DNA of 64,000 bases from Hyaloraphidium curvatum SAG 235-1 (lineage: Eukaryota; Fungi; Monoblepharomycota). Positions 32,999 to 43,453 of this stretch are shown here, piece after piece. Below the pieces are notes generated by a model. It was not told where the DNA came from. It worked only from the letters and a program-made list of their open reading frames with translations, and ran no database searches. Both the position numbers and the translations under genes were made by a program. The stretch lies in assembly GCA_025558095.1 (NCBI GenBank), contig JAIVFI010000007.1, forward strand, positions 1 to 64,000, in the 5' to 3' direction. Positions within the stretch are counted from its first letter, which is position 1, and each line of letters begins with the position of its first letter.

Positions 32999-33820
32999 AT
33001 GGCCTCCTCCTCCGGCGGACCTACGGACGGCCACGCGGTACCTGCGACCGAATCTACCTCCGCCCCCTCCAAACCGCCGAATCCGGGTCGCGATGCGCCT
33101 CCGGAGCCCTCCGAACCCGACCCTCCCCCATCCTTCATGCGGCAGACAATCTCCCCGAGCTATGCGCGATGGCCGCTCATCGCCTACTTTGCGGTTGCGG
33201 GGATCGTCGATGCCGCCACCCTCGTCGGCTTCTCCCTTGTCTTCTCCTCGAACCAGACGGGCAACCTGCTCATCCTCGGCATCTCTCTCGCCGGCCTCGC
33301 CGTCCCCTCCCTCCCCGCGCTCGCCCCACCCATCCCACACGCGGTGTCCATCGCCTCCTTCATCGCCGGCTCCCTCCTCGCCGGCCTCGCCCTCCCCCCC
33401 GCCCCCGGCCCTCGGACGCGCGGCGCCTTCGTCGTTTCGGACCTCGCCCAGGCCGCCCTGCTCCTCTGCTGCGCCGTCGCCGCCATCTTCGGCGCCCCCG
33501 GCAACGCGGTGCTCGCCATCGCGTCGCTCTGCATGGGCGCGCAGGCGGCGCACGCGAGGAGGTCCGGGGTCGCGGAGCTGTCGGCGACGACGGTGGTCAC
33601 CAGCGTGCTGTCGGACCTGGCGTCGGACCCGGGGCTGCTGAGGGGCAGGAACGCGGCCAGGGATAACCGGATTTTGGGGGTGGCGGGGATGTTCGCGGGG
33701 GCGTTCGGCGGGGCCGCGCTGTGCGGTGCCGCGGGGGCCGGGTGGGCGCTGCTGGCGTCGGCGGGGGGCAAGGCGGCGTGCGCGACGTCGTGGCTGCTCC
33801 TGCCGGGGGAGAACGGATAG
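32999..33820 (+). CDS. YoaK/DUF1275 family multi-pass membrane protein
   Basis: AGIVDAATL..VFSSNQTGNLLILG..MGAQAA..TTVVTSVLSDL..MFAGAFGGA. Confidence 0.85.
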   Translation: MASSSGGPTDGHAVPATESTSAPSKPPNPGRDAPPEPSEPDPPPSFMRQTISPSYARWPLIAYFAVAGIVDAATLVGFSLVFSSNQTGNLLILGISLAGLAVPSLPALAPPIPHAVSIASFIAGSLLAGLALPPAPGPRTRGAFVVSDLAQAALLLCCAVAAIFGAPGNAVLAIASLCMGAQAAHARRSGVAELSATTVVTSVLSDLASDPGLLRGRNAARDNRILGVAGMFAGAFGGAALCGAAGAGWALLASAGGKAACATSWLLLPGENG

Positions 33821-33969
33821 GGCTCTTGTTGCAGCTTCCGTCGGACTGGCTTCGAATCGACAAAGCTCATTCTCGGGCCTCGAATACAAACGAAACAGCA
33901 AAACTACAGATCGCCGCCTCCCTCCTCCTCCACCACCAATCTTTTCTCCCGGCGCGGCCCTCCAACCCC

Positions 33970-34580
33970 TCATTCGGCCTTCTTCTTCGCGGCACCCGAG
34001 CGCGAAGCCCCGATGACCAACAGCGCCCCGAGCAGCGCGGCGTTCTTCATGACGTGGGTGATCTCCGCGATTTGCTGCGGGCTGCCCGCAGAGTAGGTCG
34101 AAGGGTTGTGGTACACGGGCGTGACGGCGGCCAGGAAGGCGATGAGGAGGGGGACGCCCATGGAGTTTCCGATGAGGAAGAAGAACCCGCCTGGAGGGAA
34201 ACGTCAGCCTCTGTCGGGCGCGGGAGGGGGCCGCGGGGGCAGGACCCACCGAGGAGTTCCATCCCAATGGCGGCGTAGACGGCGTAGGTCACGGCGTCGG
34301 TGTAGTGCGAGCCCAGGAGCTCCGCAAAGTTGACGGTCTTGAACTCGTCGAACTTTGTCCGCGTGCCGGCGACGACGGGGCCCATGTCCTGCAGCTTCGT
34401 GACGCCGGAGAGGATAAAGAGCGCTGGAGGAGGCATGTGCGGGGTAGCGGAGACGGAGACGGCAGCGGGAACGGTGTCGGCGTGGCGGCGGGAACGGGGT
34501 CAGCGTGGCCCGGCAACTGCGGCCGCGGAGCGCCCACCGGAGAAGAGCGCCCGGCCGACGAACTTCTGGAGCGACGACAT
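33970..34580 (-). CDS. DoxX/HR-lesion-like membrane protein
   Basis: Spliced MSSLQKFVGRALFS..LFILSGVTK..ELLGG..LLIAFLAAVTPVYHN..MKNAALLGALL; 2 introns. Confidence 0.8.
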
Positions 34581-34889
34581 CGCGGCAAGGAAGAGCGGGT
34601 GTGTCTCGGTGTACGATGTGGTGGTGGAGGCGCGGCGGTTTCGGGGTGGGCGGTCTTTGAAGGGGTCCGGCCCATCGCAAGCTCGTGTGGACCCCCAGTG
34701 AAGTCAGCAGCGCCAAGTCGGCCCAATACCTCCTGGGAATGCGACTTATAGAAGCAGAAGTGCGGGAATACAATGCAAATGAGAGCAGAATGAATACACG
34801 GCTGTGCGACCCCGGCGGCAAGACTCCACATCTCTTGGTTCGATGTCAACTGTCAAGTTCCCGGCCAGTTCCACGTCCCCTGCAGACCA

Positions 34890-35992
34890 TCAACGACCCA
34901 GCGCCGAGCTCACGTAGCTCCCCACCCTGCAGCGCGGCACCACCCTCGCCGTCACCCTGGTCCCCCAGTTCTGCGGCTTCCAGCGGAAGTAGGTGAGGGC
35001 GAAGAAGTCGACGTGGCACGGGTCGAGCCCCCATCCCACGTCATCCACGCGGACGCAGCCGTTGTGCACCTTGCCGCCGGTGCCGGGAACCACCTTGCCG
35101 TAGAGCTCGCGGAGGAAGAGAAAGGTGCCGAAGGGGAGGTCGTTGACAGCTGCGTGGCCACGGGCGAGTCGGTCGGTCAGCATCACCCGCAAAGCAGCAC
35201 TGCCGACGGAAACCTACCGACGCTGACGAAAGGCTCGAGCGCGTTGTTCCTGCTCCCGATCCCGAACGGGAACCTCTGCCTGTTCAGCGCACGGAAGCAC
35301 TGGTGTCCCACCAGGTTGAGCAGCACCTTGTTCCTCGTGAAGCACGTCCCCTGGGTATGGCAAGCATCGTAGAAAGCCCGGCTGGTCTTTCCGAACGAAT
35401 GGTTGGTCCGGCACTCGATCAGGTCAAGCTCGTGCGGGCCGCGGAGCACCGCGGGGATGCCTAGGGGGGCGTCCTGCATGCCCTCGATGGGGATCCAGTA
35501 CTGCGTGAAGCGGGCGGTGCCACCTCCGCGATACGAATTGCAGGTGTCCAGCACAGCGCGCGAGGTGAGGTTCCACCGGCCGGGGGGCTGGTTCTGGTCC
35601 GCGCCCCGGTTGCTCAGATCCGAAAGCACAACCGGGAGGTAGCTCGAGGGGATCTCGGGGTCGGTCATGTTGGGAGGCACCGGGAAGGGGAGGTTGAAGC
35701 TGATTTCGCCTTCCGCAGGGCTGGGATCAGCCGAAGACGTCGCCAGAGGGGCAAGGAGGGCGAGCGCCGCGAGGAGGAGCGAACGTGCCGATGCAAAAGA
35801 ATTGCTTCGAGTCCCACGCTCGTCGGAGCCACGAGTGGGCGAGAATCGGGGCGGCGCCTCTGAAGTCCCGCCTCCGGGAACCAACAGAAGCGGCTCTGGC
35901 CCACAATTCTCCCCGTCCGCACCGCCGCGAGCATGCGGGCCAGGTTTTCCGCCTTTCCCTGGCGGCCACAATGGCCGGCCTGCCCGACCCAT
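34890..35992 (-). CDS. Secreted protein with 3D (Asp-Asp-Asp)/MltA-like domain; start uncertain
   Basis: Signal-like LLLAALALLAPLA; FTQYWIP; LEPFVS(intron)AAVNDLPFGTFLFL..HNGCVRVDDVGW..HVDFF. Confidence 0.6.
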
Positions 35993-36820
35993 GGCTCTGA
36001 AGTCGGGGACGGCTCACCCGGCCGGTCCGCTTCGCCTTCGAGCCCCGCCGCCGCCGCTCGGCCGCAATGGCCGCAATGGCCGCACCGCTCACGCAACAAC
36101 AAACAGGCACCAGAAGTCTGCGCGGAGTGGGGCAGAAGCTCGGAAATAGGAGGGGAAAGTGGGCACGCCCCGGTCAATCTGGACGGAGAGCCGATGGAAG
36201 AGTGCCGGGACTTTTGCTCTTTGGCGGGCGGCGTTGCCGTTGCGAGCCCCCCCACGGGCCCCCAAGTCCCCCGCTTAGCAACCCCGCCGTTCAGGGCTCC
36301 GGCCAGCCGACCTAGCTGTCAACGCACATGAACAAGAGACGTTGGACTTTTGGATGGCATTTGCACGAACGGAAGAAACTGTGGCGAATAGCGTGCGAAG
36401 ACCCGTTTGACACGAGGCAGAAGCAAGCCAGACTATCACAGAGCACTCCCACTCGGTCCAGTCTGACCGACGTTCCCCTGCCCTTGAACGCATCCATTTC
36501 CCAATGCCCTCCGTCCCGATCGGGCAGGCGGCGCCCGGGGCAATGGAAGGCCGCGGCCGGCGAGCGGCATCCGGCCTTACGGGTAGTGAACCTCGTATCG
36601 CCAAAGCCCCGTCCCTCGGAATTGCCGCCAACCCAATTGGGAGCGGGGATTCGGGCCAGCGGCTCGACGTGCGGCCCGAGGCGTTGGGAGGCGGTGCAGC
36701 GGCATAGCGGCAACCTCGAGAGCCCAAAACGGATCCCCTCGCATGCAATTCTCGCGATCACGTCACCCGCACTCAGCGAACAAGCAAGCCAACTTCCCGA
36801 CACAACAACTGCGCGACAAG

Positions 36821-37290
36821 ATGAACGCCCTCCGCGTCCTACTGCTCCTTGCCGCGGCCCTCGCGCTGCTTCTCGTGTGCTCCCCCGCCGGCGCCGCTCC
36901 CGCCGACGGGTCCCTCGAGCGCCGGGCCAAGGGCGTGAACAAGGGCCAGGGCGCCGCCAAGAAGAGCGCCGGTGGAAACAACGGCCAAGGCTGGGGCAAG
37001 CCGACTGCGCTGCCGCCGAAGGCAAAGGGCAAGGCGCTCGGGCTGAAGAGCAAGGTGGGTCGACTCGTCCCCTCGGCGCTCTCGTCTTACCCCTTCCGTC
37101 TGCGCAGTCTGCCAAGAGCAAGAAGGTCGCCAAGACGGTCAAGAGCAAGAGCAAGTCCAAGTCGCACTCGCGCGAGATCGAGACCGAGACCGAGCGGGCC
37201 ACGACCCGCACTGCCGTGGAGACGGGCACCGCCACTGCGAGCGGCACGAAGACCGGGACGGTCGAAGCTTCGGAGACCGCGAAGGCCTGA
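36821..37290 (+). CDS. Small secreted Lys/Gly-rich propeptide
   Basis: Signal MNALRVLLLLAAALALLLVCSPAGA; LERR site; cationic segment; intron 37055-37107; Thr-rich tail. Confidence 0.7.
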
Positions 37291-37466
37291 AGGTGGGCAG
37301 GGTTGGGAAGCAAGAAGTTCGGTTGCTGACCCGTCCGCCGCACAATAGGGGCTTCCCCTGAGGCAAAAGGCTATACGTATCTGTCCGAAACCCATATATC
37401 CATCTGCTTCTCGCAAACTGCACCCGGCAACGTCCGTAAGGCGACGGACATGCCAGCCGTTCCCTG

Positions 37467-39920
37467 TCACGCGACCAGCATCTTTAGCAACGCCGACAGC
37501 TCCTCCTCCCTGTCCTTGGGCAGCTCCGGCATCCGCGAAGGCCTCGATTTCGCGACCTTTTCCACGTCTGCACCGAACACCGGCTCCCGGATCTCGTTGG
37601 CCTTGGGATCCACCATGTCCGAAAGCCTCGTGATGAGGAAGTCGCTCCAAATCGGTTCCTTGAGCTCGTCGAGGTACTCGAGCGAACGCCCAGGGTAGTG
37701 TGAACAGATAATGCCCGACTTGTGCTTGTACCTGTCGGGCGGTCAGCATCGTCAACAGCGGCCCGTGCTCGAACGATGCGAGACGACGCACCAGCCGCCA
37801 CACTCGACTGACCACACCGTCGGCTTGAGCCTCTCCTGGATACCGTCGTGCCACTGCTCCTCAGCCTCCTTCTTCGGCTCGTACGACACCTCGTCCGTGG
37901 TCTGCATCCGCCGCACGACCTGGATGACGTACTGCATCTGCGCCTCCTCGAGGATGTGGATCGACTGCGAGGCCACGGGCGCGTTCACGCCCATGAGCGG
38001 GAAGAGATTCGGGAAACCGTGGTTGCACATCGACTTGTAGCTCCACGGGTACTCCTTCCAGAGCTCGGCAAGGGTGATGCCGCCGCGGCCAACGACGGGG
38101 AAGCGCGGAATGTAGCTGCCGACGCACAGTCAGGTAGCGCTCGGTCGGGCGGAGGCGCGGAAACTTGCTTCATGTCGAAACCAATGGCCTTGATGATGAC
38201 GTCGCACTTGCGCTCGACTCCGCCAGAAACGATCCCGTCGGCGGTGAAGCGCTCGATCTCGCCGCGGACGATGGTGGTTGTGGGCAGCTGGAGCACGTCG
38301 AGCTGCGCGGGATCGTTAAGGAGCCGGCGGACCGGTAGCAGGCAAATGGCCTACGTAGTGCTCGTGGGGCGTGAGGCGCCGGCAGCCGAGGGGATAGGAG
38401 GGTGTTAGGGTCTCCCGGACCTTGGGGTCGGGCACGAGCTTCTCCATCAAGGCCAACGCGCCTGTCGACCAGGTCAGAGCCCAACGAGCGGTCCTTTCTA
38501 AAGCACCGCCCACCTTTCGTGGCAGCCTCGCTTTCCGGGGAATCCTTGACGAACAGCGACCTGCGGCGGACGGCAGAGTTCAGTCGGCGCAAGATCAAGG
38601 CTGCGCGGCAGCAACCAACCACAAGTTGTCCATCATCTGGAAGTTGCCTCTGTAGAATTCGTAGTTGTACTTGCGATCTTTGAACTTCTCCCTCTCCTCC
38701 GGCGTGTAGACGTGCACGTCAATATGGGGCTGACCATCCGGGGTGACCTGGGCGATGATGTAGGCTGCGAACCTGGTGGGCACCGGGTAGGACAACGAGA
38801 CTATCCGCTTACTATTCTGCCGCTGGTACGAATGAAGCTCTTTGACCTTATGCCCGATGGTCCCGATGGTCTGGATCCCCGAGGAGCCGTTGCCAATGAC
38901 CGCGACGACCTTGCCCTCGAGCTGCACGTTGCGGTTGAAGCGGGCCGTGTGCATCACGGGGCCCTTGAACAGCTCCTCCCCCGGGAACTTGAAGTCCTTG
39001 ACGTTGTTGAGGAACCCGCTCGCGTTGACGACCACGTGGCTCCAATCCGTCTTGACACCCTCGGGCGTGCGTACGTCCACGCGCCATGCTTGGCGCTCCT
39101 CCGACCACGTCAGGCCGATGACCTCGGCGTTGTACGTTGTGAAGGCGTCGAGGTTGTACTTGTCGCCGACTGGGCGTACGTGAACCATCAGGACCGTGAA
39201 ACGGGAGAGAATGGCGATGGCTCAAACTTACTCCGCGTGAAGTATCGCTCTATTTCGTCTGCCTCGGAGTATTCGGCCGTCCAGTCGTTGAGCTCGAACC
39301 TCCACGAATAGAAGTGGCTGGCTGCAATCGAGAAACGATTAGATTCTGTTTGCTACACCCATCTTGCCTGTCGCTTACCCAAATCACAGCGACATCCAGG
39401 GTACTTGTTCTCGTTCCATGTCCCGCCGTTCTAAGAAAACAAAGAAAGAGAGAAAGAAAAGGGGAGATTGAGCTCTCGCCGCAAGACTGTAGGAAGTTCG
39501 GCCACCAACCTTCGGGTTCTTCTCGAAGACCTTCAGGTGCACGTTCTTGAGCCTCCACTGTGCCAGCATGGCGACGGTAATGCCGCCGAGCCCCGTCCCG
39601 ATACACGTCTGCCGGGCCAGCGCCCCGTAAGCTGCCGGCGGCGGACGAAACAAGGCATCGGCGCACAATGTCGATCCTGCGCAGGTCCTTGGCTCCTTCG
39701 GGGTATCCGAGCTCCGGCGCGAGGTGCCAGTCCCTGACTTCCTCCTCCGTGGGCATGGCGAGGTCCACAGCAGGGCGGACCGTGTCGTTCGGATCATAGA
39801 ACTCGCGGAAGTCCACAGCCTGCAGCCGCCCGCGTCAACTGCACCGCGACACGGGCAAAGGAGCAAAGCACGCACAAGGCCGCCATTTTCGGCGCGCAGA
39901 TGGGGTCGCTGAATGCCCAT
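37467..39920 (-). CDS. Flavin-dependent monooxygenase (Baeyer-Villiger/FMO-like), many exons
   Basis: IGTGLGG; VGG-TWNENKYPGCRCDL-PSHFYSW; FKGPVMHTARF; VIGNGSSGIQ; GCRR; GFPNLF; WYKHKSG. Confidence 0.88.
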
Positions 39921-40042
39921 GGCGCCGGCGGGTGTGAGCGGCGCGGGAGACAGGTGAGTTGTGGCAAAGGACCCCGAGACGGCCGCCACACATATGCGCG
40001 CATTCGATCGACCCATGAATCTTCTGCAATAAAGTCGGATCA

Positions 40043-41226
40043 CTACAGTTTGACTTCCGGCCTCTTCCAAACGACGGGATGATCCGGATGTCCGACTAGC
40101 TTGTCGCCGTTGGTGAGCCCCTGGCTCCACAGATCGACCACGGGCCAACCCCATTCCCGTCCGGGCTGATCGAGGAACGCGTGGTCATCACCAACGAAAC
40201 GGAACGCCCAAGCACGCCTCCTCGTTCCCATCCTCAGGTTCCCCTTCGATCCGTGAACCGTCATGGCGTTGAACACGATCATGTCCCCCGGCTCCATGTC
40301 CCACGCGAGGAACTCGTGTTCTCCGGCGGCCTTTGCAGCGTCCATGTCGGGGAGAACGGGAAGGTTGGCGCCCCGGTACAACGCGTTGCCGGGTTGGAAC
40401 TTGATCGCATTGAACTCCCGCCATCGGTGCGATCCGCGGACGTACTCGACTGCCATGGGGACGCTGGTGAGCTCGACAGACATGATGTTGGCCAGCCAAG
40501 ATGGTCGCCCCACCGCACGTAGCCTTGTCAATCGGATCGAGGGGAACCCAGAAGGAGCACACTTGGTCTCCGCCCACAGCCCTAACGTGGCAAGCCATCA
40601 CGTTAGCAAGGTAGTAGGATATGGCGGACATCTTGACCGCACCAGTACGGTCTGTCTTGGTGAAAAGGCGTCGAGTCCTCCGTCTTCGGTTCCTTGACCT
40701 ATCGCAGGCTCAACTCGAGCACACGTGCCGCACACGACGGCACTCACGAATAGCTGATCGTAGAGAAAACACGCGTACGAGCTGCCCATGAGCTCCGCCG
40801 CGATCTGCCCCATGGGCCCGTCCCTGATCCAAGGCATGACCTGCGGCACGAGTCGTCTCCAGACGTCCAGTTCCTGGTAGAACCGCCCGGGTTTCCCGGC
40901 GGGCGTGTAGGTGGCGCCGAGTTTGGCTGCACGCCGGAGGAGAAGTCCCGTCAAAGGGCTGTTGGGTCCCGGAACGCGTCCTGTCTCCCACCGTCGCCGC
41001 ACGTCTCGAGGACGTTCTCGACCAGAGCCCGGAGGTACGCCACCCATTCTTGCGACAGTACGCCGCGTAGGCAGACGACACCATCCTCCTGATAGCGCCG
41101 CCGGTCCTCCTCCGTGACCCTGACGCGCGAAGGCCCCGGAACCGGGGGAAGGGGCAAAGGGAGGGATGTCGTCGGTTTTACGGCACCGATACGGATGATC
41201 CGGTTGAAGGGCTTCGTCTGCTCCAT
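40043..41226 (-). CDS. Phytanoyl-CoA dioxygenase (PhyH)-family Fe(II)/2OG oxygenase
   Basis: YQEDGVVCLRGVL; YDQLF-VKEPKTEDSTPFHQDRPYW (HxD); FWVPLD; VRGSHRW; DMEPGD..VHGS..RRRAWAFRF. Confidence 0.85.
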
Positions 41227-41347
41227 TTCGGAGTATCGATTCGGAAGAGCCAAGGCGGGAATGGAAGCAGCGGACGCCGGGGCGGCGAACCAAGGTCCGC
41301 GCGGCGAATAATCCGCAGGCTGCCTCTCATCGATTCTCCCACTCTCT

Positions 41348-43285
41348 TCACCCATCCGGGGCACAAAACTCCCCGTCGGAGCACCACTGCATCCACAGCG
41401 GCGCCGCCTCCACCCCCCACTGCACCATCCTCTCCCTCGCCGCGCTCATCGCCATCCTCGCCGCCCGCAGCTGCTCCCCCGTCGGCGCCGATCCCCCCCT
41501 GGCGCCTCTCGCCTGCCACCACCTTCCCGCGGCCCCGATCGCGCGGGGAAAGACGGTGGAGATGAGGTTACGGGGGTCGGTGGATTCGGCCCACATGGCC
41601 AACTCCCCACCAACCACCCTCCCCGGCCCCGGCGCACCACCCGGCTCCGGGTCGTAGAGGTACGCGCTGACGGCCGTCAGCGGCGGGTCGCACCACGATT
41701 TGCGGCCGCCGTCGATCCAGTTGCCGTGTCCGCAGTCCAGGTAGTACTGGTTCGACGGGCTGGCGATGACCCCGTACCCCCTGCGGACGAGGTCGGCGAT
41801 GTTCCCGGCGTCGGACCAGACCTGCAGCAGAGAGCCCGCGGGGGGCTGCAAGCCGTGGTGCGTCACGGCGTCCTCCCACTGCACGGAAGTGCGGTTCAGC
41901 GCGGCCAACGTCGCAAAGACGGGGTCGAAGAAGGCGTGCAGCATGTCGGCGGTGTAGCCGGGTATGAAATCCTTGTAGCACTGCGCGTTGATCTCGTCCG
42001 AGCCCACGTGGAGGAGCGGGTCGGGGAAGAGCCGGGCGATGCCGCCCAGCAGGCGGGCAACCACCTCGACCGTCTCGTTCCGCGAGACGTCCAGCTGTCC
42101 CGACGGAGGCTGGTTCGCGAACCGCGACCACGGCAGCACGTTCCCGCAGACCACGAGCCCTGGCGAACTGCGCCCGCCGGCGTACCAATGCCCCGGGATG
42201 TCGATCTCCGGCACCACGCGGATGCCCAGGTCCGCGGCCTCGTTGACGAGATCCGCCACGTCTTGTTCCGAGTATATCCTGTCGAACGGCTCGGAAGCCG
42301 AGAGCTCGGGCGCCTCGGCCAGGCGGAGCGGGAACGCCTGGCTGTCGACGATGTGCCAGTGCAAGACGTTGAGCTTGGCGAAGCTCATGGCCTGCAGCAC
42401 CTTCTTGAGCGTCGGCACGGGGACAAAGTGCCTTGCCGTGTCCAGCATCAGTCCGCGGTGTTCAAAGGTGGGGGAGTCGACGATCGCCAGTGGGGTGCCT
42501 TGAATGTACAGTGGGAAGCCGCCGCCGACGGGTTGCCCCGTCGTGACGGACCTGCGGCTCCGGACGACGAGCTGCGCGAAGGTGTCCAGCGCTCGGAGGC
42601 AGCCAACCCAGCTTTGTGCCGAAACCGAGGCGACACCGCCGCTGGGCACCGAGATGTTGTACGCCTCGGAAGCCGAATGGAGCGGGGCATCGGGCTCGTC
42701 CGCACCGCACGACAGTTCGACCCGCAGCAGCGCCGGAGGGTCGGGCTGGGTGGAGTTGCCCAGCTCCCGGGCGTCCATGTCCGCGGCGGCCGTCACGATA
42801 TGCCCCGGCGCGCCCTTCAGGAGGTCCGCGTACCGGGCAGCTGCCCGCCGCACCCGCACGAAGGGCGAGCCGGGGGCCAAAGGACCGTCGAGGCCGGGGA
42901 AGGAGAAGGCCCAGTCCTGGTCCAGGCGGACCGTGACGTTGCCGGAGGTCAGGCTCCGAGGAAGAGGCCACAGGAAGTCGTGAGCCGGTCCCCGCACCGC
43001 AGCCGGTGCCGAGGATCCCATCGGGGATCCGCTCCGAGGGGCGGAGAAAGAAGAAACGGAGGCCGACAAAGACCGTCCCGACGCGGTCCCGAGAAAAAAG
43101 TAGGCCGCGATGCCGACCAAGCTGGCAAGCGTCGCAATGAAAAGCGCGAGGAGCACCACCGTTGCCGTGCGGGCGCGTGCCAAGAAGCGATGGAGCCGGC
43201 GCAGCTCCTCGGCGTTGACGGCCACCAGCTGGGGCCCGGGGCCAGAATCCCCGCCATGATCCTTCTTTCCTGACGTCTCTATCAT
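41348..43285 (-). CDS. GH20 beta-N-acetylhexosaminidase, type II membrane anchor, intronless
   Basis: LWPLP; HRGLMLDTARHF; LNVLHWHIVDSQAFP; PEIDIPGH; HVGSDEI; YYLDCGHG; GGELAMWAE; FPR. Confidence 0.95.
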   Translation of the reverse strand: MIETSGKKDHGGDSGPGPQLVAVNAEELRRLHRFLARARTATVVLLALFIATLASLVGIAAYFFLGTASGRSLSASVSSFSAPRSGSPMGSSAPAAVRGPAHDFLWPLPRSLTSGNVTVRLDQDWAFSFPGLDGPLAPGSPFVRVRRAAARYADLLKGAPGHIVTAAADMDARELGNSTQPDPPALLRVELSCGADEPDAPLHSASEAYNISVPSGGVASVSAQSWVGCLRALDTFAQLVVRSRRSVTTGQPVGGGFPLYIQGTPLAIVDSPTFEHRGLMLDTARHFVPVPTLKKVLQAMSFAKLNVLHWHIVDSQAFPLRLAEAPELSASEPFDRIYSEQDVADLVNEAADLGIRVVPEIDIPGHWYAGGRSSPGLVVCGNVLPWSRFANQPPSGQLDVSRNETVEVVARLLGGIARLFPDPLLHVGSDEINAQCYKDFIPGYTADMLHAFFDPVFATLAALNRTSVQWEDAVTHHGLQPPAGSLLQVWSDAGNIADLVRRGYGVIASPSNQYYLDCGHGNWIDGGRKSWCDPPLTAVSAYLYDPEPGGAPGPGRVVGGELAMWAESTDPRNLISTVFPRAIGAAGRWWQARGARGGSAPTGEQLRAARMAMSAARERMVQWGVEAAPLWMQWCSDGEFCAPDG

Positions 43286-43453
43286 ATCGAGCCCATTTTC
43301 AAACGGCGGAAGGGGGAACACGGGGACCAAGGGCAACTTTTGTCAAGCAGAGTGAGTCCCGCGCTTCGTCATCAAAACTCGCTTGCTCCGCCTCGTATCG
43401 ACGCTTCCGCTTGCAGTGGTGTCGGCGCCAGCGATCGTCCATTTCACTTCAGA

